64,000 nt of DNA from Magnetospirillum sp. (lineage in GTDB: Bacteria > Pseudomonadota > Alphaproteobacteria > Rhodospirillales > Magnetospirillaceae): contig JAYSBF010000013.1 of NCBI GenBank assembly GCA_041915545.1, positions 13,390 to 77,389 of the forward strand. The letters run 5' to 3'. Each line of letters begins with the position of its first letter. Position 1 is the first letter of the stretch. Of the stretch, positions 9,452 through 20,974 are shown piece after piece. A model generated the notes under the pieces. The model did not search any database. It was not told where the DNA came from and was given only the letters and a program-made list of their open reading frames with translations. Made by a program: the position numbers and the translations under genes.

Positions 9452-10100
9452 GGCGAACCTCTTTCAGATGGAGGATTTGTCCAGACGGATCCGTGAGAGA
9501 GGCTATCCTCTCGGCGCTGATATTCCATTCTTTAGCGGCCTGGGTCAATTCGTCTTCACCCCCCCTGCCCTTTAGAAACAGGCAGTGGCCATTCGGCAAC
9601 AGATGAGGTTCGGCCCAATCCAATAATTTCGCCAGTGGCGCCAGGGCGCGGGCCGTCACCACCTGGGCATCCAAGGGGGGAAGATGTTCGATGCGGGTGT
9701 TATGGATTGCCACCTGTGTCCGGGTAATCCGTGCGACTTCCCGCAGAAATGCGCATTTCCGGGCATCGCTTTCGATCAGATGGACATCGGCTACCCCCAG
9801 AATAGCCAAAACCATTCCCGGAAACCCGGCCCCACAGCCCATATCCACCAAACGCTGGGTATGGGGCGGCAAAAAAGGATAAAGCTGGGCGGAATCCAGC
9901 ATATGCCGTTGCCAAATATGGGGAACCGTATCCGGTCCAACCAGATTGATGCGGCTTTGCCACTTCACCAGCAAATCCGCATAGGCTTGCAAGCGGTCCA
10001 GTGTTTCACGTGAAACACCGGTTCTTGCCTGGAAATCACTGGAGGTCATCGGTCCCCCCAAATGAACAAGCTGATCCTGAAAGGTCATTGATCTATCCAT
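9444..10100 (-). CDS. rsmG: 16S rRNA m7G527 methyltransferase RsmG (GidB)
   Basis: RHMLDSAQL, DMGCGAGFPG, TARALA, KG; TGATG overlap with mnmG. Confidence 0.95.
   Translation of the reverse strand: MDRSMTFQDQLVHLGGPMTSSDFQARTGVSRETLDRLQAYADLLVKWQSRINLVGPDTVPHIWQRHMLDSAQLYPFLPPHTQRLVDMGCGAGFPGMVLAILGVADVHLIESDARKCAFLREVARITRTQVAIHNTRIEHLPPLDAQVVTARALAPLAKLLDWAEPHLLPNGHCLFLKGRGGEDELTQAAKEWNISAERIASLTDPSGQILHLKEVRRG
10001..10018. promoter_or_regulatory. parS site inside rsmG
   Basis: Perfect palindrome GTGTTTCACGTGAAACAC, matching the consensus tGTTTCACGTGAAACa. Confidence 0.92.
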
Positions 10101-11980
10101 CAGGCGGCAGGACGCCGCTTCACATGAGCCAGCAGCGCCGTCAAGGCCGCCGGGGTAATGCCAGGAATACGGGACGCCGCCGCCAAACTTTCCGGCCGGG
10201 CCGATTTTAACTTCTGCCGCACTTCATTGGAAAGAGAACCGATGGAATCATAATCCAACTGCGGGGGCAGGCACAAATTTTCATCCCGGCGATAGGCTTG
10301 GATATCATGGTTTTGCCGCTGCAAATACGCCTGATAGGTCCCTTCAATCTGAATTTGTTCAGCGATATCCGCACCAATCCCGGCCAATTGCGGCCAAATT
10401 TGCGCCAGACGATCCAATGTCATATGGGGATAGCACAGCAAATCCCAAGCGCTGCGCATGACCCCATCCTGATTGACGTCCAATCCAGACTTGCGCAGAT
10501 TGGTTGGCGATGCCGACAACCCCATCAGCAGTTGTTTTGCATCTGCCAGGGCCGCCGATTTGGTTCGGAAATGCATTGATCGTTCACTTCCGACACAGCC
10601 AACACTCTCGCCTTTGGCCGTCAAACGCAAATCCGCATTATCCGCCCGCAGGATAAGCCGATATTCCGCCCGCGACGTAAACATCCTATAGGGTTCATTG
10701 GTGCCCAAAGAGACAAGGTCATCGACCATGACTCCCATATAGGCATCGGCGCGATCAAGAATCAGCGGGTCATTTCCACCCACCAGACGGGCAGCGTTGA
10801 CACCCGCCAACAATCCCTGGGCGCCTGCTTCTTCATATCCGGTGGTTCCGTTAATTTGACCGGCCAAAAACAGGCCCGGCAAAGCCAGAGTTTCCAATGA
10901 CCGTTTCAACTGCCGGGGATCGGCAAAATCATATTCGATGGCATAGCCGGGACGCAAAATCGCGACTTTTTCCAGACCGGGAATGGTGTGGATCATCGCC
11001 TCTTGCACATCGGCAGGCAGTGACGTGGAAATCCCGTTGGGATAGACGGTGTGATCGTCCAAACCTTCCGGTTCCAGAAAAATCTGGTGCCGTTCCTTAT
11101 CGGCAAAGCGGACAACCTTATCCTCGATCGACGGGCAATAACGTGGCCCCACACTTTGAATCTGCCCGGAATACATGGGCGCCCGATGCAGATTGTCCCG
11201 GATCAATGCATGGGTGCCCGCATGGGTATAGGTAATGCCACAGGCAATTTGCCGAGTGGTGATCCGATCGGTCAGATAAGAAAACGGCACTGGCGGATCG
11301 TCGCCGGGCTGCATTTCCAACGAAGCCCAATCAATGGTCCGCCCATCCAGACGGGCCGGCGTTCCAGTCTTCAGCCGACCCAAGGTCAGCCCTGCCCGCC
11401 TCAAAGCCGCGGACAGGCCATAGGATGGGGCATCCCCGATCCGGCCGGCAGCCCATTGCCGTTCGCCGCAATGAACCTTGCCATGCAGGAAGGTGCCGGT
11501 GGTCACTACCACCGCGCCAGCAGCCAAACGGCGGCCATCGGCAAGAACCACGCCCCTGACCCGGCCATCCTGAATGACCAAATCCTCGGCTGATCCCGCC
11601 ATCAGGGTCAAATTATTCACCCGGTCCAATTCACGCCGCATGGCCTGGCGATACAAGGCGCGGTCGGCCTGGGCGCGGGGACCCTGGACGGCTGGTCCCT
11701 TGCTGCGGTTAAGGATGCGGAATTGGATGCCGGCCTGATCAATAACCCGCCCCATCAATCCATCCAGGGCGTCGATTTCGCGAACCAATTGCCCTTTGGC
11801 CAGACCACCAATGGCCGGATTACACGACATTTCGCCCAGGGTTTCCAAACGCTGGGTCAACAATATGGTGGCGGCCCCACAGCGGGCAGCGGCGGCGGCG
11901 GCCTCGCATCCGGCATGGCCACCGCCGATCACGATCACATCCGCCGTCAAATCCCAATCCTGTTGTTTCACGTGAAACAC
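10100..11980 (-). CDS. mnmG: tRNA uridine-5-carboxymethylaminomethyl modification enzyme MnmG (GidA); exact start uncertain
   Basis: [52 protein letters not shown]. Confidence 0.98.
   Translation of the reverse strand: MFHVKQQDWDLTADVIVIGGGHAGCEAAAAAARCGAATILLTQRLETLGEMSCNPAIGGLAKGQLVREIDALDGLMGRVIDQAGIQFRILNRSKGPAVQGPRAQADRALYRQAMRRELDRVNNLTLMAGSAEDLVIQDGRVRGVVLADGRRLAAGAVVVTTGTFLHGKVHCGERQWAAGRIGDAPSYGLSAALRRAGLTLGRLKTGTPARLDGRTIDWASLEMQPGDDPPVPFSYLTDRITTRQIACGITYTHAGTHALIRDNLHRAPMYSGQIQSVGPRYCPSIEDKVVRFADKERHQIFLEPEGLDDHTVYPNGISTSLPADVQEAMIHTIPGLEKVAILRPGYAIEYDFADPRQLKRSLETLALPGLFLAGQINGTTGYEEAGAQGLLAGVNAARLVGGNDPLILDRADAYMGVMVDDLVSLGTNEPYRMFTSRAEYRLILRADNADLRLTAKGESVGCVGSERSMHFRTKSAALADAKQLLMGLSASPTNLRKSGLDVNQDGVMRSAWDLLCYPHMTLDRLAQIWPQLAGIGADIAEQIQIEGTYQAYLQRQNHDIQAYRRDENLCLPPQLDYDSIGSLSNEVRQKLKSARPESLAAASRIPGITPAALTALLAHVKRRPAA
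11964..11979. promoter_or_regulatory. parS site overlapping the mnmG start
   Basis: TGTTTCACGTGAAACA. Confidence 0.92.
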
Positions 11981-13312
11981 CTACTTGCCGATACAGAACT
12001 CACCAAATACCACATCCAGGATATCGTCCACATCTACCCGTCCGGCAATGCTGCCAACCTGCTGGGCGGCGGCCCGCAAATCTTCTGCGGCCAGTTCCAC
12101 CAGATCAGCATGCTGAAAGCGCTGTAATGCCTGAACACAGGCCGCCAGAGCTTGACGATGACGGGCGCGGGTCAGGATAGGGGCCTCCCCCACACCGAAC
12201 CCCTGGGCAATCCTGTGTTCCATCGCCGCCAGCAATGCATCCATCCCCTGTCCGTTCCGCACTGAAAGCGGAATGGCAGGATGTCCCTGGATATGGGACG
12301 GCACCGATTCCGATGCCATATCAATCTTGTTGATGACCACCAAAGCATTGTCATCCAGCATATCCAGGCTGGCCTGATCCCAGTGGGGAGCCTGAGTGAC
12401 GTTGAAGACCACCAGCTTCAGATCAGCGGTTTCGGCACGGCCCAGGGCACGGCGAATTCCTTCGGCTTCCACCTCTTCCGCCTCATCACGCAGGCCAGCG
12501 GTATCAGCCAGCACCACAGGCCAGCCATGCAAATCCAAATGAACTTCGATCACATCACGGGTAGTTCCGGCCTGGGCTGATACGATGGCGGCATCACGCC
12601 CGGACAACCAATTCAGCAGGCTGGACTTTCCGGCATTCGGCGCCCCCAGGATCGCCACGTGAAACCCATCCCGCAACCGTTCCCCCCGTTGCCCCTGGGC
12701 CAGATGGGTTTCCATTTCGGTCACCAGGCCATCCACCAGGGGAATAACCTGGGTCAGGACATCGGCGGGAACCCCCTCTTCATCGGAAAAATCAATTCCG
12801 GCTTCCATCAGGGCCAAAGCCCGGATGACCCGCTTACGCCAATCTTCAGTCAGCCGCGACAAGCCGCCATCCAATTGCCGCAAGGCTTGACGCCTTTGCG
12901 CCGCAGTCTCTGAATCCACCAGATCGGCGATGGCCTCGGCTTCGGTCAGATCCAATTTTCCTGACAGAAAAGCCCGCTTGGAAAATTCCCCCGGACCGGC
13001 GGGACGCCCCCCCAATTCCACCAAGGCGGCGGATAGAGCCTGGGCAATGGCGCGACCGCCATGCACATGCAGTTCCACCACATCTTCACCCGTAAAGCTG
13101 CGGGGTGCGGGAAACCACAAGGCCAAAGCATCGTCCACATCTTCGCCACCATGACGCAGTCTGACCCTTTGGGCATGGCGGGGAACGGGTAAATCCGTGC
13201 GGCCAGACAAAGACAACAGCATGGACCCGGCATCAGGTCCCGACACCCGGAACACCGCCACCCCGGCACGACCAACGGCGCTGGCCAGGGCAAAAATCGT
13301 CTGGTCACCCAT
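11981..13312 (-). CDS. mnmE: tRNA modification GTPase MnmE (TrmE)
   Basis: SFTGEDVVE, GAPNAGKSS, GTTRD, DTAG, NKID, C-terminal FCIGK. Confidence 0.98.
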   Translation of the reverse strand: MGDQTIFALASAVGRAGVAVFRVSGPDAGSMLLSLSGRTDLPVPRHAQRVRLRHGGEDVDDALALWFPAPRSFTGEDVVELHVHGGRAIAQALSAALVELGGRPAGPGEFSKRAFLSGKLDLTEAEAIADLVDSETAAQRRQALRQLDGGLSRLTEDWRKRVIRALALMEAGIDFSDEEGVPADVLTQVIPLVDGLVTEMETHLAQGQRGERLRDGFHVAILGAPNAGKSSLLNWLSGRDAAIVSAQAGTTRDVIEVHLDLHGWPVVLADTAGLRDEAEEVEAEGIRRALGRAETADLKLVVFNVTQAPHWDQASLDMLDDNALVVINKIDMASESVPSHIQGHPAIPLSVRNGQGMDALLAAMEHRIAQGFGVGEAPILTRARHRQALAACVQALQRFQHADLVELAAEDLRAAAQQVGSIAGRVDVDDILDVVFGEFCIGK

Positions 13313-13317
13313 GGATT

Positions 13318-13569
13318 TTATTTCTTATCCCGTTTGACGCCACCGGCGGCAAATTGGGACCAGAACATTTTTTGCAACTGCTCCATCCCCTGCACCTGGG
13401 CAGGCAGCCATGTTTTCAGCATGGTTTCCGGTTCCATCGCCAATAGGCTTGCGGTCATGCGTTCCTGCACCTGTTTCATCAGGGCATCCTGCATGGGTTT
13501 CACATCGGGCAGTCCCAGAAAGGCCCGCGCCTCTTCCGGCGTGCAATCCACATCGACCGTGAATTTCAT
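13318..13569 (-). CDS. Small conserved protein (DUF6489-like)
   Basis: MKFTVDVDCTPEEARAFLGLPDV; stop lies 5 nt before the mnmE start. Confidence 0.75.
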   Translation of the reverse strand: MKFTVDVDCTPEEARAFLGLPDVKPMQDALMKQVQERMTASLLAMEPETMLKTWLPAQVQGMEQLQKMFWSQFAAGGVKRDKK

Positions 13570-13650
13570 TTGTGATATCCCATGATTGAGAGCTGGCATC
13601 AGCGGTCCAAATTAAGCCTTGAAGCCAAAACGCGCAAGGGAACCGCCTTT

Positions 13651-15696
13651 ATGACCAACCGGCTAACCGGCCAAACCAGTCCCTATCTTCGTCAGCACCA
13701 GCACAATCCGGTGGATTGGTGGCCATGGTCACCCGAAGCACTGGCCGAAGCCAAGGCCAGCAATCGCCCCATTTTGCTGTCCATCGGGTATGCCGCCTGT
13801 CACTGGTGCCATGTCATGGCCCATGAAAGCTTTGAAAACCCAAAAATCGCCCAGATCATGAACCGGGACTTCATCAACATCAAAGTCGACCGGGAAGAAC
13901 GGCCGGATCTGGATGGCATTTATCAGCGGGCTTTGTCACTGACCGGGCAACAGGGCGGATGGCCGTTAACCATGTTCCTGACCCCCGATGGCTTTCCCTT
14001 TTGGGGCGGAACCTATTTCCCCCCCTTCAGCCGCTATGGACGACCGGGATTTGCCGATGTCCTGACATCCATTGCCCAAGGATGGAAAGACGACCCCGAC
14101 GGCATCAGCCGGAACGTGGCAACGCTGGGGGCCGGGCTATCCCGTGCCGCCAATCCTCAAGGCGATGAAATACCGCTGACCTTGGACAATCTGGATCGCC
14201 AAGCCCTGGCCATGCTGGATTCCATTGATGACAGCTATGGCGGTCTGGTTGGCGCCCCCAAATTTCCCCAGCCCGAATTGTTCGGATTTCTTTGGCGAGC
14301 GGCCTTGCGCAATCGCGACGGCGGTTTGGTCCAAGCCGTCCTGCTGACCTTGGACAACATCTGCCAAGGCGGCATCTACGATCATTTGGGCGGCGGCTTC
14401 ATGCGCTATGCCACGGATGAAATCTGGCTGGTCCCCCATTTCGAAAAAATGCTCTATGACAACGCCCAACTGATTGACCTGCTGACCCTGGCCTGGCAAG
14501 CCACGAAATCTCCCCTGTATCAGGCCCGGATCAATGAAACCGTGGCATGGCTGCTGCGGGACATGACTGCCGAACATGGAGCCTTTGCCGCCACCCTGGA
14601 TGCCGATTCCGAGGGAGAGGAAGGCAAGTTCTATGTCTGGGGGGCCGATGAAATCGAAGGCATTCTGGGGAGCCAGGATGCCCGCCTGTTCAGCGACCAT
14701 TACGATATCAATCGCCATGGAAATTGGGACGGCCACAACATCCTGCGCCGTCTGACCCCCCTGCCCCAATACCAGAAAGCACAATCCCAAGAGGTGGAAG
14801 ACCATCTGGGCCAATTACGCCAACGTCTATGGCAAAGCCGGGAAAGCCGAATTCATCCAGGCCGTGATGACAAGATATTGGCCGATTGGAATGGGATGAT
14901 GATCAGCGCCCTGGCTCGGGCCGGTGCGGTTTTTGATCAACCGGCCTGGATTGATGCGGCCAAGATCGCCTTTGATGCCATTCTGAACCATTTGTCCCTG
15001 GCCGATGGCCGACTGGCCCATAGCTATTGCCAAGGACGGCACGGGGGCTTGTGCCTGGTGGACGATCTGGCCCAAATGATCCGTGCGGCCTTGACCCTGC
15101 TGGAAATCACCCAAGACAACCGCTATCTCACCTTGGCTCTGGGATGGCTGGATGCCGCCGACCGCCATTATTGGGACGATGCCGGGGCCGGGTATTTCCA
15201 AAGCGCCGATGATGCTGGTGATGTGATTCAGCGCATGAAACCCTATCACGACGGCGCAACACCATCGGCCAATGGGGTGATGGTGGATAATCTGGCCCGC
15301 CTGGCGCTGATCACCGGCACGGCCGAGCATGCGCAACGGGCTGACCGTATCCTGGCCGCCTTTTCATCCCCCTTGGTTCGCCATGGTCCATCCATGGCCG
15401 CCATGGCAAATGCCCTGGCACGCCATTTAACCGCTGCCCAGGTGATGATTGTCGGCCCGGATGGTCCAGAGCGTCAGGCGTTGCTTAACGCCGCCAGACG
15501 CTCTCCCTGGCCCGATCTGATGATCATGACGGATGAGGGTATACCCCTGCCCTTCGATCATCCTGCCACCGGGAAAAGCGCGGTGAATGGAAAGGCAGCG
15601 GCCTATATCTGTCTGAACAGATCCTGTCAGCCCGCCATCACCGATGCGGACATTCTGGCGCAGGCCCTGCACGTTTCCCTTCCCCAGCACGGATAA
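13651..15696 (+). CDS. YyaL / SPATA20-like thioredoxin-domain protein (DUF255 plus six-hairpin glycosidase-like domain)
   Basis: NRL...[44 protein letters not shown]. Confidence 0.92.
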   Translation: MTNRLTGQTSPYLRQHQHNPVDWWPWSPEALAEAKASNRPILLSIGYAACHWCHVMAHESFENPKIAQIMNRDFINIKVDREERPDLDGIYQRALSLTGQQGGWPLTMFLTPDGFPFWGGTYFPPFSRYGRPGFADVLTSIAQGWKDDPDGISRNVATLGAGLSRAANPQGDEIPLTLDNLDRQALAMLDSIDDSYGGLVGAPKFPQPELFGFLWRAALRNRDGGLVQAVLLTLDNICQGGIYDHLGGGFMRYATDEIWLVPHFEKMLYDNAQLIDLLTLAWQATKSPLYQARINETVAWLLRDMTAEHGAFAATLDADSEGEEGKFYVWGADEIEGILGSQDARLFSDHYDINRHGNWDGHNILRRLTPLPQYQKAQSQEVEDHLGQLRQRLWQSRESRIHPGRDDKILADWNGMMISALARAGAVFDQPAWIDAAKIAFDAILNHLSLADGRLAHSYCQGRHGGLCLVDDLAQMIRAALTLLEITQDNRYLTLALGWLDAADRHYWDDAGAGYFQSADDAGDVIQRMKPYHDGATPSANGVMVDNLARLALITGTAEHAQRADRILAAFSSPLVRHGPSMAAMANALARHLTAAQVMIVGPDGPERQALLNAARRSPWPDLMIMTDEGIPLPFDHPATGKSAVNGKAAAYICLNRSCQPAITDADILAQALHVSLPQHG

Positions 15697-15700
15697 TTCC

Positions 15701-16153
15701 ATGTCCTGCCTTAGCTATAACAGCCCCGTCGGTCCCCTGACCATTTTCACCGAAGACGATGCCATCGTCGCCCTGGAATGGGGCTGGCCACCCATTCCAC
15801 CCGATGACAACGATGCGTTCCTGGATCGCATCCGCGACCAATTGGATGGGTATTTTGCCGGAAACGGACAGGATTTCGATCTTCCCTGTCATCCTGCCGG
15901 CACCGCATTTCAGAAATCGGTCTGGCGGATCATGAGCGCCATTCCTTTGGGACAGACCCGCACCTATGGCGATGTGGCCGCCGAATTGGGCAGCAGCCCC
16001 CGTGCGGTCGGCAGCGCCTGCGGCAGAAACCCCATTCCCATCATCATTCCCTGCCATCGGATTCTATCGGCCAATGGCGGATTGGGCGGCTATTCCGGGA
16101 TTGATGGAATTGAAACCAAGCAGTTTTTGCTTGCCCTGGAAGGAGCCAGATAG
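15701..16153 (+). CDS. ogt: Methylated-DNA--protein-cysteine methyltransferase
   Basis: GTAFQKSVW, TYGDVA, RAVG, active site IPCHR. Confidence 0.92.
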   Translation: MSCLSYNSPVGPLTIFTEDDAIVALEWGWPPIPPDDNDAFLDRIRDQLDGYFAGNGQDFDLPCHPAGTAFQKSVWRIMSAIPLGQTRTYGDVAAELGSSPRAVGSACGRNPIPIIIPCHRILSANGGLGGYSGIDGIETKQFLLALEGAR

Positions 16154-16250
16154 AAAGGACCATATCCTGTTGATCCATCTGTGCCATTCAGCAAAAACGA
16201 AATAGAATGATCGGGGATGGCAGGATCAACTTTTACGTCGGGAGAAACCG

Positions 16251-16820
16251 ATGACCCGCGAACAGCGCAAACGCCTAAGGCTGATGGTGAATGGCGCTTC
16301 CACCGCCTGGATTTTACTGGTGGGTATGCTGATGTACCTGACCCTGCCCGAAGGCGCCATCGAGCATCACAATTCCTCGCTGGTGAAGGAAAAGATGGAT
16401 GCCCAGTGCAATGGCGAATTTCGCGACAAATATGATTGCAAGGAAAGCATCATCATCCAAAGCGGCCGCGAGACGTTCTGGCTGTTGTCATTCCGCTTTC
16501 TGGTCGTGATTTTGCCGCCTTTGGCCGGGACGTTCTGGCTTTCATCCTATCTGCGCCGCCATCCGGTCGCCCTGGCCGCGGAAGAGCCGCCGACCCATAC
16601 CGAGGACCCCGGTTGGAAAAATCGCGCCCAGCAGCACGTCAATACGACGTCACCGGAGCAGGCCGCCCAGGCGCTGCATATCCCGAAAGCGGAGCTTCCA
16701 CCCATCGTGCAGCCCCGCACCCCCGGTGGACGGACGACGCTGAACGATATTGCCCCATTGGATGATTGGACTGCCCGCGGTCATGATCCGGGGCATAAAC
16801 CCCAGCATCCCAAATCATAA
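16251..16820 (+). CDS. Hypothetical two-TM protein with a Cys pair in the loop and a Pro-rich tail
   Basis: GGAGA RBS; TM-loop(C..C)-TM topology. Confidence 0.65.
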   Translation: MTREQRKRLRLMVNGASTAWILLVGMLMYLTLPEGAIEHHNSSLVKEKMDAQCNGEFRDKYDCKESIIIQSGRETFWLLSFRFLVVILPPLAGTFWLSSYLRRHPVALAAEEPPTHTEDPGWKNRAQQHVNTTSPEQAAQALHIPKAELPPIVQPRTPGGRTTLNDIAPLDDWTARGHDPGHKPQHPKS

Positions 16821-16841
16821 AAAATGACGCCGGGTTTTGGT

Positions 16842-16970
16842 TTAGAGCGTATTTCGACCGCATTGGGTCGGAAATACGCGATCAAGCCTGCGCGGCGTTG
16901 AGCGGCCACGGGACGTGGCGGCCGCAGGCAAGAATAAGAGCTGATTTCGATTGGTCGAAATCAGCTCTAA
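16842..16970. repeat. 129-bp MITE/RIME-like composite palindromic element
   Basis: Ends TTAGAGC...GCTCTAA; three internal hairpins, including perfect 14-bp AGAGCTGATTTCGA-ttgg-TCGAAATCAGCTCT. Confidence 0.6.
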
Positions 16971-17000
16971 GACCGGGCGTCACCGAAAAAATCAGAATAT

Positions 17001-17036
17001 AAAAAGGGGAGAGTGGTCATCCACTCTCCCCTTTTT
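17001..17036. terminator. Bidirectional intrinsic terminator downstream of rho
   Basis: AAAAAGGGGAGAGTGG-tcat-CCACTCTCCCCTTTTT, perfect with A/T tails on both sides. Confidence 0.9.
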
Positions 17037-17037
17037 G

Positions 17038-18294
17038 TCAGGAATTCATCGCTTCGAAGAAATCATTGTTGTTCTTCGAATGCTTCAGCTTGTCCACCAG
17101 GAATTCCATGGCGTCAACCACGCCCATGGGCATCAGGATGCGGCGCAAGACCCACATCTTGGACAGAACCCCCTTATCCACCAGCAATTCTTCCTTGCGG
17201 GTGCCTGAACGGGTGATGTCAATCGCCGGGAAAGTGCGCTTATCGCTCAGCTTGCGATCCAGAATGATTTCAGAGTTACCGGTACCCTTGAACTCTTCGA
17301 AAATCACTTCATCCATGCGGCTGCCGGTATCAATCAAGGCGGTGGCGATGATGGTCAGCGACCCACCTTCCTCGATATTACGGGCGGCACCAAAGAACCG
17401 CTTCGGCCGTTGCAGCGCATTGGCGTCCACACCGCCGGTCAGCACCTTGCCCGAGCTGGGAACCACGGTGTTGTAAGCGCGGGCCAGACGGGTGATGGAA
17501 TCCAGCAAGATGACCACATCGCGCTTGTGTTCGACCAGACGCTTGGCCTTTTCCAGCACCATTTCAGTCACCTGAACGTGCCGCGAGGCCGGTTCGTCAA
17601 AGGTGGAGCTGATCACCTCGCCCCGGACGGAGCGGGCCATATCGGTCACTTCTTCCGGCCGTTCGTCGATCAACAACACGATCAGATAGACGTCAGGCTG
17701 ATTGGCGGCAATGGCGTGAGCCAGATTTTGCAGCATCACCGTCTTGCCGGTACGCGGCGGCGCGACGATCAGGGCGCGTTGCCCCTTGCCCAAGGGCGCC
17801 ACCAAATCAATGACCCGGGTGGTCAAATCCTTTTTGGTGGGATCTTCCAACTCCAGCTTCAGCTTTTCGTCAGGATAAAGCGGGGTCAGATTGTCGAAAT
17901 TAATGCGATGCCGCACATTCTCCGGCGGCTCGAAATTAATGGCATTCACCTTCAGCAAGGCGAAATAGCGTTCACCATCCTTGGGAGAACGGATCTGCCC
18001 TTCCACCGTGTCGCCGGTCCGCAGGCCAAAACGGCGCACCTGGCTGGGGCTGACATAGATGTCGTCCGGGCCGGGAAGGTAGTTGGCTTCGGGCGAGCGC
18101 AGGAAACCGAACCCGTCTTGCAGGATCTCCAGCACCCCATCGCCATAGATGGGGGTATCGTTATCGGCCAACTGCTTCAGGATGGCGAACATCATATCCT
18201 GTTTGCGCAGCGTGCTGGCATTCTCGATCTGCAATTCCTCGGCAAAGGCAAGCAGTTCCGCCGGGGTTTTTTTCTTGAGTTCCTGAAGATGCAT
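17038..18294 (-). CDS. rho: Transcription termination factor Rho
   Basis: [32 protein letters not shown]. Confidence 0.99.
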   Translation of the reverse strand: MHLQELKKKTPAELLAFAEELQIENASTLRKQDMMFAILKQLADNDTPIYGDGVLEILQDGFGFLRSPEANYLPGPDDIYVSPSQVRRFGLRTGDTVEGQIRSPKDGERYFALLKVNAINFEPPENVRHRINFDNLTPLYPDEKLKLELEDPTKKDLTTRVIDLVAPLGKGQRALIVAPPRTGKTVMLQNLAHAIAANQPDVYLIVLLIDERPEEVTDMARSVRGEVISSTFDEPASRHVQVTEMVLEKAKRLVEHKRDVVILLDSITRLARAYNTVVPSSGKVLTGGVDANALQRPKRFFGAARNIEEGGSLTIIATALIDTGSRMDEVIFEEFKGTGNSEIILDRKLSDKRTFPAIDITRSGTRKEELLVDKGVLSKMWVLRRILMPMGVVDAMEFLVDKLKHSKNNNDFFEAMNS

Positions 18295-18483
18295 GCGGGG
18301 AGTGTCCGTCTCGCTGCTCGCGCGTACTCGCTATGGACGAGTCCCGAATTTGCTTCGGGTCCGGGAAACCGGCGCGGGTGTGACGATCTGCGATGAGTGG
18401 GTTTGTGGGATTCGCGGCGATTTCTTGCCGCCGCTGGTTTGGTCAGCTTTAGCCAATGCAAGCCCGTCTGTCAAACGTCAAAT

Positions 18484-18918
18484 TCAGAAGGGCTTGGTGA
18501 TCACCAGGATGACAATGACGATCATCAGCAAAGTGGGTACTTCATTGGCAACACGGAAAAAACGGCTGGTTCTGGAATTGCGGTCCGTCGCGAAATCACG
18601 ATACCACCGCACCATCATATGGTGGGCGATGGTCATTAGAACCACTAAAGTCAGTTTCACGTGAAACCATCCGTCGTGGAAAAGCCCACCGGACACCGCC
18701 ATGGTCAGCCCCGCGGCCCAGGCAACGATAGAGGCCGGAAACATGATGGCCCGCAAGAGACGGCGTTCCATCACCTTGAATGTTTCACTGGCGGCCGATC
18801 CCACATCCACCGAACAATGGTAGACGAACAGACGGGGTAGATAGAGCAGACCAGCCATCCATGAAATCACGGCGATAACGTGTAGTGCCTTGATCCACAG
18901 ATATAATTCGCCGTTCAT
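18484..18918 (-). CDS. hemJ: Protoporphyrinogen oxidase HemJ
   Basis: KALHVIAVISWMAGLLYLPRLFVYH, MERRL, NEVPT; ATGA overlap with hemH. Confidence 0.95.
   Translation of the reverse strand: MNGELYLWIKALHVIAVISWMAGLLYLPRLFVYHCSVDVGSAASETFKVMERRLLRAIMFPASIVAWAAGLTMAVSGGLFHDGWFHVKLTLVVLMTIAHHMMVRWYRDFATDRNSRTSRFFRVANEVPTLLMIVIVILVITKPF
18654..18667. promoter_or_regulatory. parS core inside hemJ
   Basis: GTTTCACGTGAAAC: perfect 14-bp core, outer bases non-consensus. Confidence 0.75.
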
Positions 18919-19925
18919 GCTTCCTCCTTGAACAGGCAGCGGCATCCCGACATGGTGCAATTATCCTTGGGAAGTTTCCTGATTGCGTCTTGAACCATCT
19001 GGGTCATGCCTTGAATGAAGGCCGGGTGATGACCGATGGCGGCAACCCGGACATAAGCGGGAATACCCAATTCTTCAGCTCGATGGCGGTATTCTATATC
19101 CAGTTCCACCAAGGTTTCCGAATGTTCGGAAACAAAGGCGATGGGAACCACTACCACGGGTACCTTGTCCTCGGCGGCGCGGGTTAATTCATCTTCGATG
19201 GATGGTCCGATCCATTTCAGCGGCCCGACCCGGCTTTGATAGCAGACCACCCAATCCAGCTTATCCAAATTCATGGCATCCGCCACCGAACGGGCTGTTT
19301 GCGCCACGTGCAAGGGATAGGGATCGCCCTTATCCACCACGCGCTGGGGCAGGCCATGGGCCGAAAACAAGATGCGGGGCCGTCCGCTTCTGGATGCCTG
19401 CTTCCAGCCGTCCAGGGTCAATTGGGCAAATGCCTGGACCAATCCGGGATCGCGGGGATAGCAGCATAATGTGCTGGTCGGGACCTGCCAATCGTGGCTT
19501 TCCGCCAAATTCCGCCATTCCCGCAGGGATGACCGGCTGGTTGCCGTGGAAAATTGCGGATAAAGCGGCAACAAAACCACATGATCGGCCCCCCAATCGC
19601 GGGCATGACGCATGGCCTCTTCCGCAAAGGGATGCCAATAGCGCATGGCCACGAAAACCCGATAATCGTCCCCCAAGCTTTGTTCCAATGCCTTCGCCTG
19701 TTTCCAGGTTTCTTCCACCAGGGGCGATTTCCCCCCCAATTTGGCATAGATGTCCCTGGCTACAGGTGCCCGCCGACGGGAAATGAATTTGGCCAAAGCC
19801 CATCGGATCGGGGTGGGAGCACCAATGATGGCAGGATCGTTGAACAGGTTGAAAAGAAAAGGTTCAACCGCATCCAGACTGTCCGGTCCGCCCATGTTGA
19901 ACAGAATGACGGCGGTTTTGCTCAT
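18915..19925 (-). CDS. hemH: Ferrochelatase
   Basis: NMGGP, MRYWHP, LYPQFS, FSAHGLP, SEHSETLVELD. Confidence 0.96.
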   Translation of the reverse strand: MSKTAVILFNMGGPDSLDAVEPFLFNLFNDPAIIGAPTPIRWALAKFISRRRAPVARDIYAKLGGKSPLVEETWKQAKALEQSLGDDYRVFVAMRYWHPFAEEAMRHARDWGADHVVLLPLYPQFSTATSRSSLREWRNLAESHDWQVPTSTLCCYPRDPGLVQAFAQLTLDGWKQASRSGRPRILFSAHGLPQRVVDKGDPYPLHVAQTARSVADAMNLDKLDWVVCYQSRVGPLKWIGPSIEDELTRAAEDKVPVVVVPIAFVSEHSETLVELDIEYRHRAEELGIPAYVRVAAIGHHPAFIQGMTQMVQDAIRKLPKDNCTMSGCRCLFKEEA

Positions 19926-19930
19926 GGGAA

Positions 19931-20974
19931 TCAGCCTTGCCAGGATGTCAGGATGGCCGCCAGCTTGGCGACATGTTCGGGCGGTGTGGGCGGGATGATC
20001 CCATGGCCCAGATTGAAGATGAATGGGCCTTTCCCCAGGGTTTTCAAGATATGGGTGACATTGGCATCCAATTTTTCACCGCCTGCGACCAGCAAGATGG
20101 GGTCCAAATTCCCCTGGACGGTGCAAAGCGGTTGCAGGACTTGCGCGGCCCAATCCAGTGGAACCGAACTATCCAGACTGACCCCGTCCACTTTGGTTTC
20201 CCGCACGTAATCAGCGTATAAAACACCGGCGCCACGAGGAAATCCGATAACTGGAATCCCTGGGCGCTCGCTATGGATGCGTTCGACCAATTGTCTGGTC
20301 GGTTCGATAACCCAGCGGCGGAATTCGGCTTCCGGCAGGGCCCCAGCCCAGGTGTCAAAAATCTGGATGGCTTCGGCACCATGGTCGATTTGGCGGATCA
20401 GATAATCGCCGGTAGCCTGGGTCAAAAGATCCATCAGGGCTTTGAAAACTGATGGTTGAGTCCACATCAGCGTTTTGGCGTGGGCGAAGTCCTTGGACCC
20501 CTTGCCTTCGATCATGTAGGTGGCCACGGTCCATGGTGCCCCGGAAAAGCCGATCAGCGCGGTCTGTTCCGGGATTGCTTTCGCCAGATTGGCTACGGTC
20601 CGGTAAACCGGGTCGAGGTGCTGGTGCAGGCCCGAAATATCAAGACCGCTCAGATCACTTGCCGAGCGAATGGGTGTCAATACCGGACCTTCGCCTTCGC
20701 GGAAGGCAACCTGTTGCCCCAATGCGTTTGGAACCACCAGGATATCGGAAAACAGGATTGCCGCGCTGAAGCCATAGCGCCGAAGCGGCTGTAGCGTTAC
20801 CTCCGTCGCCAGGGCGGGATTGTAACACAGATCGAGGAAGCTGCCGGCGGCAGCTCTGGTTTCCCGGTATTCCGGCAAATAGCGGCCAGCCTGGCGCATG
20901 AGCCAGAATGGGGGCTTGGTTTGGGTTTCACCGGCTAGGGCGCGAAGAAATGGCTTTTGGGGGTGGCTGGTCAC
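19931..20974 (-). CDS. hemE: Uroporphyrinogen decarboxylase
   Basis: [33 protein letters not shown]. Confidence 0.97.
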   Translation of the reverse strand: MTSHPQKPFLRALAGETQTKPPFWLMRQAGRYLPEYRETRAAAGSFLDLCYNPALATEVTLQPLRRYGFSAAILFSDILVVPNALGQQVAFREGEGPVLTPIRSASDLSGLDISGLHQHLDPVYRTVANLAKAIPEQTALIGFSGAPWTVATYMIEGKGSKDFAHAKTLMWTQPSVFKALMDLLTQATGDYLIRQIDHGAEAIQIFDTWAGALPEAEFRRWVIEPTRQLVERIHSERPGIPVIGFPRGAGVLYADYVRETKVDGVSLDSSVPLDWAAQVLQPLCTVQGNLDPILLVAGGEKLDANVTHILKTLGKGPFIFNLGHGIIPPTPPEHVAKLAAILTSWQG

